A stretch of 63,991 nucleotides of DNA, filler included, from Stramenopiles sp. TOSAG23-2 (lineage: Eukaryota), in the NCBI GenBank assembly GCA_900128395.1. It is 3 parts of 3 records of this genome, joined end to end, with 100 filler letters (N's around TTAATTAATTAA, not from the genome) between each part and the next. Parts side by side here need not be neighbours in the genome. Positions count along the whole stretch, not along the records: positions 1 to 23,024 come from LT649497.1; 2 more parts are not named here. One strand, 5' to 3'. Below, piece by piece: positions 10,624 to 21,900 of this stretch. Made by a program: the position numbers and the translations under genes. Below the pieces are notes generated by a model. That model searched no databases and had not been told where the DNA came from. It worked only from the letters and a program-made list of their open reading frames with translations. The stretch's first letter is position 1. The number at the start of each line of letters is the position of its first letter.

Positions 10624-12639
10624 TTATGAATCCAGTCCAAGCAGAATCAGTGCTTCGCTTAAAAATTCTTCTCGGCCTTGACTATTAACCAATTTTGTAG
10701 CTTCACGGATAAGTTTCTTCCAATCATTTTCATTTAGTCTCTTTGCTACATCGTTATCCTCACAACATACATCTAGCACTTTCATTTTGCCTTGTGATAG
10801 TTTTTCGAAACAGCCATAGATATAATACCATGCAGATTTTGTCTGCAATATTTCCTTTTCAATATGCCAAAATTCATTTGTACCATCCCAAACTTTGTGC
10901 ACGAGACACTCAAATAGATACGATGGGGGTTTAACATCCTTTTCAACCAATTTTTGTGCTTTCCAAAATTTTAAAAATCTTATAGCACTTTTAGCTTCAT
11001 CAGGAAGTTGGTTTATTGCTTTTGTTTGCATGGGGGAAAATGCTTTTGTCAACCACGGAATTTTATCTTTAGCATTATCTTTTTTCAACTTGTCGAGTAA
11101 TTCGCCCTCAGTCAAAGAAGGAGAAATTAGGAGATCAAAGTGAACCCAGCTTGCTTCTTCATTTACCGTCTCTGATACTCGTAGTTTATGATTAAATTTA
11201 ATTGCATGTTTTGTAACTTCAATTTTATCAATCAACTTGGAATCGTAATAAGTGGAAAATAGTTTTTTCAATGCTTTAGCATGATTTTTCACCCATCCAA
11301 ATTTGTTTTTACTTGTGTTAGGAGTCGAATCTGTGTTGATCATAAGTACCAAATCAATATCAGATGACCATGAATCTTCAGATGACCATAAATCTGTACC
11401 CTTTGCAGATGATCCACCTCTAGGGGTTCTGTCGACACTTGAAAATTCATTGCCTTTGTCTTTAATTGTCACTTTTAAGAAGTTACAAACACTATGGACA
11501 ACTTCATTACACTTGTCGTGATGTACTTTGCTTGGTTTGATCTTGTCAACAATTTTATTAATATTTTTTTTATGGGCTGATGAAATTTCGAAATTTTGCT
11601 TGCGGTGCAAATCATCGATTTTAATTAATTGTGAATTAGCTTTAATATAGCTCTCATACATTCTTAATTCATTCTTTTTAGCATCATACATTGATTTTAG
11701 TAATGCAATCGTATACTTATCAACTAGTTTAAGTCTTTTATCTTCAAGTTTATCAATATCTGTAGTATTGTTATCAACCAAACCAAGAAAAGCGAAATTG
11801 TATGCATGCAATTTGAGACGAGTAGCATTTTTCAGTTCTTGTTCTTTTTCAGAAGTGATACTCCACCACGTGTCAAATTCTTTTCGGCCAACCCGCCTAC
11901 CCGTACAAAAACCGCGAAAAATACGTTTATCTTTTTCATTCATTAGCCAATAATCTGCTCTGTATAGAGTGCAAGGCATATCTTTGCCACCAAAATTTGG
12001 TATAATGTCCATTTTAAATTTTTCGTTTGATGTATCTCCTTTTTTCTTAAATTTTAGAGTTACTTTACCAAGGAAAGATTGTGTTTCAAACTGATGGTCA
12101 TTTGCAAATATATCCTTTAGACTTGTTGGATCTGAAGAAGGGGTTTTGATATTATAGCAGGGACTATTGATAATTTCAACTGATATTAATAGTGATTTAT
12201 CGTCTGCTACGTATTTTTTCACTTCTTGTTTTGATAGAAATTTTTGCCTTCCCTTGTTAGAGTTACTATCAATATTCTCAAAGGGAATAGTGTATGGGCT
12301 TTTAGTACAATCACCATGAACAACACCTAAACGGTATTTGATTTTTGCTTCTTGTTTTGATTCATTCTGGAGAAACAATGACAAATGAGTGTTTTCTCCT
12401 TTACCATTGCCGCTTGGATAAATACTTAAGCTCAATGGATTGCCATAATAATCCAAAAAGGGATAGGTAAGTATTTCTTCTTTCGAATTTTCATCATAAT
12501 TTTCAAGTCGAAACAATAGAACACACCGCGCTTTGTCTGTTTTGCAATCTTGATTAAGCGTGTAATAGTCTAATACGTCAGGAGAGCATTCCATATGTAA
12601 TGCTGGGATTTTCTTTGTTTCCGATACTATGGATACCAT
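10624..12639 (-). CDS. MATH(TRAF)-domain plus OAS/CD-NTase-like nucleotidyltransferase fusion
   Basis: N-terminal MATH signature (LSIYPSGNGKGENTHLSLFL...YVADDKSLLISVEI). C-terminal RGGSSAKGT...SDIDLV, a third Asp in FDLL, and OAS-type KSAIRFLKFWK...PPSYLFECLV. First ATG is at 12639; the open frame extends to 12687. Confidence 0.85.
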   Translation of the reverse strand: MVSIVSETKKIPALHMECSPDVLDYYTLNQDCKTDKARCVLLFRLENYDENSKEEILTYPFLDYYGNPLSLSIYPSGNGKGENTHLSLFLQNESKQEAKIKYRLGVVHGDCTKSPYTIPFENIDSNSNKGRQKFLSKQEVKKYVADDKSLLISVEIINSPCYNIKTPSSDPTSLKDIFANDHQFETQSFLGKVTLKFKKKGDTSNEKFKMDIIPNFGGKDMPCTLYRADYWLMNEKDKRIFRGFCTGRRVGRKEFDTWWSITSEKEQELKNATRLKLHAYNFAFLGLVDNNTTDIDKLEDKRLKLVDKYTIALLKSMYDAKKNELRMYESYIKANSQLIKIDDLHRKQNFEISSAHKKNINKIVDKIKPSKVHHDKCNEVVHSVCNFLKVTIKDKGNEFSSVDRTPRGGSSAKGTDLWSSEDSWSSDIDLVLMINTDSTPNTSKNKFGWVKNHAKALKKLFSTYYDSKLIDKIEVTKHAIKFNHKLRVSETVNEEASWVHFDLLISPSLTEGELLDKLKKDNAKDKIPWLTKAFSPMQTKAINQLPDEAKSAIRFLKFWKAQKLVEKDVKPPSYLFECLVHKVWDGTNEFWHIEKEILQTKSAWYYIYGCFEKLSQGKMKVLDVCCEDNDVAKRLNENDWKKLIREATKLVNSQGREEFLSEALILLGLDS
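11360..11395. repeat. 18-bp tandem duplication inside the NTase catalytic loop
   Basis: TCAGATGACCATGAATCT / TCAGATGACCATAAATCT (17/18 identical), encoding DLWSSE-DSWSSD on the minus strand. Confidence 0.85.
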
Positions 12640-13634
12640 TTTGATCAAATTATTTGTTGTGTCTGCAAATACAGATTTATCCTTCAATGTATGATATAAA
12701 TATTATAAATGTATAGTATTATATATATTCGATTATCAAATACAACAAAATGGTATACTATATATTTGATCACTAAAGATGATGTTGTAAAATATAATAT
12801 GACTTAATTATCAACACAAATGTGAGGGGTTATACAATCGCAGTGCGTATTAAAAATGAATAAAAATCACTCGTTTTACACCAACGTAACTGTTGCTATA
12901 AATGATTTATTCCTTTCACTGTTTTTGCTTCTATCCTTTCACTCTCTTTATTGTACAGCAGCTCTATGTTTTCTATCTAATACAGTATGTTTGTTGTTTT
13001 GTGTTTTGTGTATAATAATTTATGATATTCCTCTTGGCTTTTTTCATAAAAATTAGAGCAATAATTTCCATTCTTAAAATATTTTTTCATAACCGCCAGG
13101 ATCAATAATAGCTATAATGATGATACAGTTAAAGGATAATATCTATGAATTATAAAATACCCTATTTACATATTTATAATAATTATAATAAAATATCCGA
13201 AATAGTACTGATTCAAATGTATCCTTCGAGAGTGATGTTCATCCTCAAGCAGTCCGCATTTTTTCCAGATGCAAATAGCATGTAATATCATTATTTTCAT
13301 AATTGATTTTTGTAAATCACCCCGAAAAGCAACATGAGGAAAAAATGCGTGATTAATAGCATTGACATAGCATCGATCATTTAGCCTTATTTTTTACCGT
13401 GCACACCTTCATAACCAACAAAATCAACCCAATAATACATACTATATACAATGTACAAACGTACTATAAAATATTTTTCTCGAACAAAATATATAACAGA
13501 AATATATTCAATTGTATTACGATTTATAATTAGGTCTAACTACAATTAATATTTATCAACACGACAAATAAAATAATATTTTAACACGACTATTTTTTCA
13601 ATTGCCAGAAAGAGTATTACAATAACAAAAAGGA

Positions 13635-15059
13635 ATGGCTTTGTCAACATTACAAAAAAACATTGTCAACATTTCAAACAAATGCGAAAGCTTGTTTCTG
13701 CTTTCATTAGATTGGGGAAGACCAAAAGATCCACCTATGTCATTAGGTCATTCCAGCATTTTAACGCATATTCAAAAGCGTGGTGTATCGGTGATTTCGT
13801 CAACCTGGTCTACCAACAGTCCTAATTTCTCCATTAATCCTATTTTGGATGATATTTTTATGGCGTCTAGTGAGAATGAGAACATGGACATAGGATTGGG
13901 TATGTTTGTATGGAATGATTCTCCAATGAAAAAGATTATGAAAGAACTTAAAATGAGTAATATGTTTTCTGGTAGAATTATATTAGGTGGTTCACAAATT
14001 AGCTATACAAAAAGTGAAATAGAAAATTTTTATCCACACGCAGATGTTTTCATCAGGGGTTATGCAGAAGAAGCTTTGGCACGCATCATGTTAGCAGAGG
14101 AAAAAAACCCTGTAATAAGAGGTGTGCATTATGCGGGCGAACCCGATCTTGGAATGTCAGCCATTGCAGATTTACGTGAATTACCATCACCTTACCTGCA
14201 TGGAACAATCAAGCCTCAACCGTTCTTACGATGGGAAACCCAGCGTGGGTGTCCATTTAGTTGTGGATTTTGTCAACACAGAGAGTCAGACATATCAAAA
14301 ACACGCCGTCCATTGGATACCTCTCGCATTGAGAAAGAAATAACATTTTTTGCTGAAAATCCAATTATTCAAGATATTGCAGTGCTAGATCCTGTTTTTA
14401 ATTCTGGGCCAAACTATATGGATGTAATGCAAAAATTTGTAGATGTTGGATATACAGGAAAACTCTCTCTACAGTGCCGCATGGAAATGGTAAACGACGA
14501 TTTTCTAGACGTCGTAGACGCATTGAACGAAACTGGAGGCGTTGTTTTAGAATTTGGATTACAAACTATTCATCGCAACGAAGAAATTCACATCCAACGC
14601 CCCAATAATAAAAAGAGAATAAAACGTGTGCTTGCTGAAATGAATCGTAGAAACATTGCTTCTGAGATATCACTAATATTTGGTTTACCTGAACAAACTG
14701 TTGAATCTTTTCAACAAACCATTGAATTTTGTAAATCGTACAACGTATCAGCTATATTTGCGTATCCGTTACGACTACACAGGGGTACACCGCTTCATGC
14801 AAATAAATCGAAGCTACAGCTTGTTGAGTCCACCGATGAGGATGCCAAAAATATGAATCTTGGAGAGGATCATATTGGCCATGTTGTCGCGAGCCCTACA
14901 TTTACGAGAGATGATTGGATGAAAATGGCGCACCAAGCAAAATTATTGGACGAGTATAATGCGCAACGTGTTGAACCAATTCAACATAATGCTATGGGGA
15001 AAATGGCAAAAACATTACAGCAAACATTGTGGACAAACTCCGAGAACAATGATGTGTAA
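13635..15059 (+). CDS. B12-binding-domain radical SAM protein
   Basis: CxxxCxxC in ETQRGCPFSCGFC. N-terminal cobalamin-binding-like segment (IILGGSQIS, FIRGYAEE), plus EFGLQT and LIFGLPEQT. Intronless. Confidence 0.88.
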   Translation: MALSTLQKNIVNISNKCESLFLLSLDWGRPKDPPMSLGHSSILTHIQKRGVSVISSTWSTNSPNFSINPILDDIFMASSENENMDIGLGMFVWNDSPMKKIMKELKMSNMFSGRIILGGSQISYTKSEIENFYPHADVFIRGYAEEALARIMLAEEKNPVIRGVHYAGEPDLGMSAIADLRELPSPYLHGTIKPQPFLRWETQRGCPFSCGFCQHRESDISKTRRPLDTSRIEKEITFFAENPIIQDIAVLDPVFNSGPNYMDVMQKFVDVGYTGKLSLQCRMEMVNDDFLDVVDALNETGGVVLEFGLQTIHRNEEIHIQRPNNKKRIKRVLAEMNRRNIASEISLIFGLPEQTVESFQQTIEFCKSYNVSAIFAYPLRLHRGTPLHANKSKLQLVESTDEDAKNMNLGEDHIGHVVASPTFTRDDWMKMAHQAKLLDEYNAQRVEPIQHNAMGKMAKTLQQTLWTNSENNDV

Positions 15060-15335
15060 AAATAAAACGCCGCGTGTGCATGTAAAACAAATATTTTTAT
15101 ACATTGAGTATGCAGCTTCACATGGTATAATATATATTAACAAATTAAAATTAGTATTATATAACACAAATAGTCTAACATAATTTTGCTGGTCGTTTCA
15201 ATATGCTACTACTACTTGGTATATTATTAAATACTATATATGTATTATACATTTTTCAATCATATGTTATCCAAAAAAATGACATTGTCTCAATAATAAA
15301 AACATAATATAATATTATACGAGTTCGTATGATAT

Positions 15336-16490
15336 TTATTTTGATTGTGGCTTAAATTTTTGTTTTAAAACATCATGATATCTTTCTTTCATCTCTGGTG
15401 TGAAATGTTTAGAATTTGGTAAACAATGTCTTAATCTATCGTACAACTCCTTATCCCAACGTTGATGATCTTCCTCCTTCTTACCTTTTTTCCAGTCATT
15501 GCGATATGCATCAATCAATAAATGGGCAATAGAATCTTGATCTGCACCTTTTACTTTTTGACTTGAAAAAACATTATGCAAAGGCAAGTAATGGCTTCGT
15601 GTCTCCAGCCATAAATTACACTCAAATTTATTAATTAAATTTTCAACAACTATTTTATGATTATGGAATACTGCCTCATGCAAAGCCGTAGAACCATTTT
15701 CACGCTGGTGGTTAACATTTATTTTCATCTTCTTTATAAAATATTCAAGTATTTCGTTTCTTCCATAATATGCAGCAATGTGAACAAGTGAATTATTTTC
15801 TAGTGTGTGTTCATGTTTGATATCATAAGGCTCAAATTCTTCTCGAGCAACAAAATTTCGAGATAAATCGACATCTGCTAATTTTAATGATTTTTTTACT
15901 ATTTTTTTTATCTTGGTAACATAGTCTTCTGGACCCAATTCAAGTAGCTTTTTTATTTTTTGTAATTTTTCTTCTCTGTTAGGGCTTTTCGAACGAGCCG
16001 TTTTAATTCCAATATATTCTTTCGACTTATATTTTATACGTACAGGTTGCTCCTTGTAATAGCATTTATATGTTTTATAATCACCAGTTTTTGTTGCCAA
16101 TTTTACCAACGAAGGTGGAATGTCTCTTTTTCTTTTTCTAGTTATATTTTGCTCTTGTTGATGTGATGGCTTTTCCTGATAATTATTATTGTTATTGTTG
16201 CTGCTGTTATTATTATCGTTACTTTTTGGGTCTCGTACAGCGTTACTGTTGTCAATATTCGTGCTATTGTTGCTTACCTCCTCCCGAAACTCAATATCTG
16301 TAATTTCAATATCCTTTGCCTCTGTATCTGTCATGTCAACCTCTGCATAACAAAAAACAGGATCCTGGAAATTTAAATATTTAATCACATCATCACTACC
16401 TTTTTTTCCCTGTGTTTTATGTTGCTTAAACTTATCCTCGATCTTTTTTTCTTGTGATTCCCCCCAAAAGCATTTGATAGGTATGATCAT
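15336..16490 (-). CDS. Ankyrin-repeat protein; paralog of 1000-2049
   Basis: NSLVHIAAYYGRNEILEYFI, NGSTALHEAVFHNH and YLPLHNVF, collinear with the first paralog. First ATG is at 16490; a small upstream exon is possible. Confidence 0.85.
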   Translation of the reverse strand: MIIPIKCFWGESQEKKIEDKFKQHKTQGKKGSDDVIKYLNFQDPVFCYAEVDMTDTEAKDIEITDIEFREEVSNNSTNIDNSNAVRDPKSNDNNNSSNNNNNNYQEKPSHQQEQNITRKRKRDIPPSLVKLATKTGDYKTYKCYYKEQPVRIKYKSKEYIGIKTARSKSPNREEKLQKIKKLLELGPEDYVTKIKKIVKKSLKLADVDLSRNFVAREEFEPYDIKHEHTLENNSLVHIAAYYGRNEILEYFIKKMKINVNHQRENGSTALHEAVFHNHKIVVENLINKFECNLWLETRSHYLPLHNVFSSQKVKGADQDSIAHLLIDAYRNDWKKGKKEEDHQRWDKELYDRLRHCLPNSKHFTPEMKERYHDVLKQKFKPQSK

Positions 16491-17316
16491 ATTTAATATT
16501 ATATATCTGCAACAAAAATACACTATTACAACTACGAGGATTAATAAATAATAATATTAACTTTCAAATGTAAACGAAACAACACGGGACAATATTACCA
16601 TTAGCATACACTGAGGACACAAACATATATATATATATATATATGAGATCAGTTGCTGATGCTGATACCTATAACTTTAAAGGCTTTAACTATTGTAATT
16701 ATTATACAATGAATCAATATTTACTCTTAGTAATAATTATAGCAGTATACTATGTGTGCCTGCCGGGCCTGGTAAAATATTTGGCACTATATATACTAAC
16801 TTCAATAACTACTTTGCATACATATTTGAACTTCTTCTTCTTATTAGATTGAATAATTTTTTTGTACGTCGTATATATATTATTTATGGCATCCGCACTC
16901 TGGCACTCTCTTCCTTAATATTATACAGTATTAATACCCTGAAAGGCCCGATGAGGCTGGAACCCCTGTCCTGAGTGAAATCAATTTAAGGACAGAAACA
17001 GAGAATTTTCACAAAATATTCTGAAGTATGCAATTGGTAGAGTTAAATAAAAGTACCTATCAATATGGCTATATCGAATATCGACATATAGCCTGGATAG
17101 CTGGATAGCCAGATATATAGAATCTGCTTCACACGAGAAATCGTAATACACATTAGCATGTGTGCTGAATATTTTGAAACACCTCTTAAATTTTATACAA
17201 AGTGTATTCGTACAAAAAAGCATTTTTTACTTAATGAAATTGTTTTTTTGAAACTTCTACGCGTACGTAAATTTTTTTATAAAATATTTCGTAAAAAATT
17301 ACGACGTCGTATTTAA

Positions 17317-18429
17317 CTACTGCCCCTCTTTAAATTCCTCACTTTCATTTAACAATCTATTTACTACCGTTCGAGATACTTCCAATAATTCCTCAACTCT
17401 TCGTTTATTAGGTTCTAAATTTTCAGCATTGTCCAAATCTAAATTCATCAATGCAATTAAATTTTCTAAATATGATGTGCAAACTGTAATCAATTCATTC
17501 ATTGCAAGACGCATGTTTGTTAAAACCTGTGGTGGATATAAGACTACAGCTAATTCATTTGTCATATCAAACATTTTTGTACCATTAATTGCAATATTAT
17601 CTAATAATGGATTTTGATTATTATTACATTTTAAATTATTCAATGTTTTCACAGTAGATTTATACGTATCTACGATCAATTTAAATATTGGTATACATGA
17701 TTTACAGCGTTGATATTCTAAAGTTGACATAGTCGTATTATAAAAAAAATCATCATCCTCAAATTCATTGCCACCTAACATTGCCATATTATTCTCATCG
17801 TTACCACCACCTTGATTATTATTTTCTTCATGCTCTTGTATGATCTCCTTTACTTCTTTACATACATCGTTAATATTTTTATAATTTATTAAAACAACTC
17901 TTTTAATACAAGCTTTATTTGACGCTGGTAATTTTCTCAATGCTTTACATGCTTCCCATACTTGACCGGTAACCATTGGTAATTTATCATTTTCACCATT
18001 TGAAGCTGTATTCACTAATAATAACATTGCATTTAATGCAGTTGTTATTTTATCATATATATCCTTTCGTAAAGTTTTGGAACAATTACAACGAGCAGCA
18101 ACAACACAAGAAGTTGTTAATTGTTCAGCTGGTTTTGCAGTTGAATTACATAATGACATAATCATTTCATTTGTCATCCCACAATCCATGGAAACACTAA
18201 ATTTTGTAGAAGTGTTTTCCATCGTATCTGCAACACTTAAAACAATACTTCGCACAAGTTTATATTCGTCATTATTATTATTATCAACCTCATACCCAAC
18301 ATTATTATTTTTTGCTTCGTTTACAATTTGTATTGAATTGTTTAAACTGGATAATAATGCAGCAAATGGGTTATTTGATGTATTTTCTGTTGTGTTATTG
18401 TTGTTGTCGTTTGATAGTATTGACGTCAT
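17317..18429 (-). CDS. Cyclin-D1-binding protein 1 (GCIP/CCNDBP1) family
   Basis: TGQVWEACKAL, DVCKEVKE, an acidic linker and ELAVVLYPPQ fit the GCIP family pattern. Confidence 0.75.
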   Translation of the reverse strand: MTSILSNDNNNNTTENTSNNPFAALLSSLNNSIQIVNEAKNNNVGYEVDNNNNDEYKLVRSIVLSVADTMENTSTKFSVSMDCGMTNEMIMSLCNSTAKPAEQLTTSCVVAARCNCSKTLRKDIYDKITTALNAMLLLVNTASNGENDKLPMVTGQVWEACKALRKLPASNKACIKRVVLINYKNINDVCKEVKEIIQEHEENNNQGGGNDENNMAMLGGNEFEDDDFFYNTTMSTLEYQRCKSCIPIFKLIVDTYKSTVKTLNNLKCNNNQNPLLDNIAINGTKMFDMTNELAVVLYPPQVLTNMRLAMNELITVCTSYLENLIALMNLDLDNAENLEPNKRRVEELLEVSRTVVNRLLNESEEFKEGQ

Positions 18430-18955
18430 GGTGTTTCGTTTTTTAGATGTATGTTTTCTCTTAATTGTCTGTCTTTCTTTGGATATACTTTCAGTTCTTC
18501 TTTCTATTGTATTCTCTCTGTTCTTCTCTTCTGAATATTATTAATTTTAAATTAATAGAATAGGCAACATAGCACAATATATATGGTGCAGTTCATTTTT
18601 GGATGGTTCACCTTTACTCTTAGCTTCCACCGCACTCATCATTAATAGGCAATTTAATTGTACTTATATAATACAGTGTTATAAGTAGATTAAGATAAAA
18701 AAAAAATTCGAAGGGAAAAGAATATAATGTTGCAAATCTAATCGAAGTGAAAAAATATCAAAGTGCCAAAAAAATACAGAGGCAGTATTGAGTACATACG
18801 AACGTACGAAGTTCGTACGAATTTGTATCACATATGATGACATTTAACACACTACCTACAAAATCAAATCTCATGCGACTCACATGTGTGTTCCTTTTTA
18901 CTGAATACCCCTCCTCCCCCTTGCACACGATCATACCATCGATTTTAAACGTTGA

Positions 18956-21900
18956 TTATCTTTTTTTTGCACTTCCCGAAGTTTTATGGTATTTTTTTCT
19001 ATGTTTTACTTTGTCTAGTTTGAGGCATCTTTTGTCACAATAATAAACATCTTTGCATTTTGGGCAAGATTCTTTAAGCTGAACACCATTTCCTTCCACA
19101 ACGCAAAATTGTAGCTTCTGTGTAATTTTTGCTTTCTCCGTCTTCATTTCATCATACTCTGCATCCTTCATGATAGGTTGTTTAAGCTGCCAATAGCAAT
19201 GATATGCTTTTTTAATTTGCTTGCATAGCTTTTCTAATTTCATTCTTTCTTTTTCACCTTGTTTTTTTTCCATTGACACTTTGTGACACTTGAAATATCT
19301 ACAAGCTGGACTTAGTATCTCAAACTCTTTTGGATCATCTACACGAATTGTCAATTCCCCATCTGCTGAGCGTTTCAAAAACGGTTCCAAAATACGTATT
19401 TCAGTTCCTTTTGGGAAGCATTCATTCCAATGCTTCAATTCAGACTGGGGAGTATTGTAAAGTCCCAGTTGAACCCCATATCCATCTTTGTCTGTGATCA
19501 ATGTGTACAAACCTTTGCGTTTCATCGGTTCGACGCATAGGAAACCTTGTAGATATTTCCCTGTAGCAGGTCTCATAAATGTTGATATAAGATCTACAAT
19601 CGAGCATGGTTTTAAGTCCATATTATTGCAAACTTTCTGATTTGATTTTTTAGTGATTCCTTTATCCGAATATTGCACCTCTTTGTTATCGCCAACATTG
19701 CTTTTTTTGCCGTAACATGTTAGGAAATTAGAAACAACAGTACTCAAATCAAAATCAAGAGCTGTGATTTCAATATCTATAGCCTTTTGAAAGTAGTGTG
19801 CACTATTAATACGATTTTTGTTCTCGTCTTTCATTCTTTTAGAATAGTTTTTTTCAGAAGTGTATTTACCAGTTATGGCGTTGACACAGCCATCCAATTT
19901 AATTTTTGGGAGCTTAGAACACTGAAGTGAATCAAGTGTATATTTACCTACTAGATGCGAGACCTCGTAAAACACTGTTCCATGATTATTCTTGATATTT
20001 GGAAATTTCATTGGTATCTTATGCTGTTTACCAGAATATGATAAGCAGACTTGTGCCATATTTTTATTGCCTTTGTACATCTGACTATTGCCAATAACTT
20101 TATTATCTTTGAATGTCAAATTTTTACGAATTTTGACTGGCGACGTATCTTTCTTGTTTGCCAACATATACGAAATTCCTGCCAAGTGGTTGCCAAGAAG
20201 TGTACAACGAGTTATTTCGCATTTTCCCCCATAACATGAAATTCCATTATTGCCATTGTTATTTACCAAAGTGTTTCTGCAAATTAGATGCGCATTTTGC
20301 TCATCTGGTGGTTGAAGAACAATGCCGTCATGTTTGTTGTGAATAACTTTACATTCATTTATAAATAAACTTCCAGAGCAACCCATAATGCCCGCTTTTT
20401 GTGTACTGCCACAGTTTTCAAAGATAGAGGATTCAACAACTGCTTTGTCTCCTTCTTCGTATAGCGTTAAGCCTTGTCCTGTACACCCTTTTATGATTGA
20501 CGTTGTTATTTTTGCTGAGCTGCCTTTATATCTAATTTCAATTGCTGGATGTTGCTGACATCCTGATATACTACAATCGATTATATTTGCGAATCCATCC
20601 CCATGTACTAAGACGGCTGAAGCAGGTCCAGAAATTCTGCACTTTTCTAGGCTTATTCTTCCACCATTTTGGGTTGCACAGCTTGCACCGCTACCAAGTT
20701 TTGATATTATAACACAATTTTTGATATTGCAGATTCCATTGTGGCAAAAAATACTGTGTGAGCGATAAGGATTACTCTGGTTTACATTCCTATTTCCTTG
20801 ATTTTCAAGTTTTAGATTTTCCAGAATAATTTCTATATGCTGTCCAGGCTGTACCAACAAATGAAAAATATGACGTTTGTGATTTTTTTTTTTTAAAATA
20901 ACTCGCCCTGTTTTGCTTTCTGATATCTCGCCAATTATTTGTATTTTTTTTATAAATTTAGTAGGAAAATGAGATTCAAAAATTTCTATTGCCTCTTCAT
21001 ACGTTCCGGGCATCATAACAATAGATACTCCTTCGTGTGGCAATTTATTTTGGTATTTCATTGCATTAATTGCATCTTTCAACGATTTATAGTAACCGTC
21101 GTTTTTATCAACTAAAATAACAAAATGTTTAAAAAGTATATCGGAACAACAATGTAATTTTGATATGTCATATTCATTATATTTTATTTCTGGTATATGG
21201 CAACTCGCAGGACTTACAGCTTTACCTATTAAAGCACACGATATCCGTTGGAAATCCAATTGTAAATTACTGGATATAGGGTTTTTATTTAAGAAATGCT
21301 TCTCAATATACATTTTAATAGTTTCACGCCATTGTAAGATAAATCGGATATCTTCATCTTGAGCATTCAGCGAAATTATAATTCTTCCAAGCCTCAAAAA
21401 CGTTTTATAACAAAACCATAATAGTGGCTCCGAAAACACACTTAAATTATTGTGTACTATTAGGCTAACGACGTGTTCTAAGTCAATCTTTGCATCGTTG
21501 AATTTCTTTAATTTAGTACGAGTTAACGAACGGTTTATATAAAGCAGACATAGATATTTCGAATGGCTATAATTTTCATTCTCTTCAATTAACTTAATTT
21601 CTTCACTGTAACTTGCTTCTGCATCCTCGAATTTATTGCTTCTATATAATTTATTCATGTTTTTAATAGTTCTTGCATCGTTGTCTCTATTATTTTTTCT
21701 TGCGAGCAAAAACCTGCCATTATAAGTATATTTTCCAAACTTGCTCTTTAAATACATATGCGCCTGATGTTTTGAATTAATTACTTGTAAGCGGCACTGT
21801 TCGATAGAAATGGGAGAATTTTTGCAATCATCGCAGACACAGTCTCCGTCATAAAAGTGGTAAGCGTATAACATCTTTGGCACGTACCCTAATATAAACC

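Noticed and set aside
13635-15059. Viperin call for the radical SAM gene
   Set aside because: It has an N-terminal B12-binding-like domain and an ETQRGCP motif, and lacks the viperin NYHFTRxCNYxCxFCFH signature.
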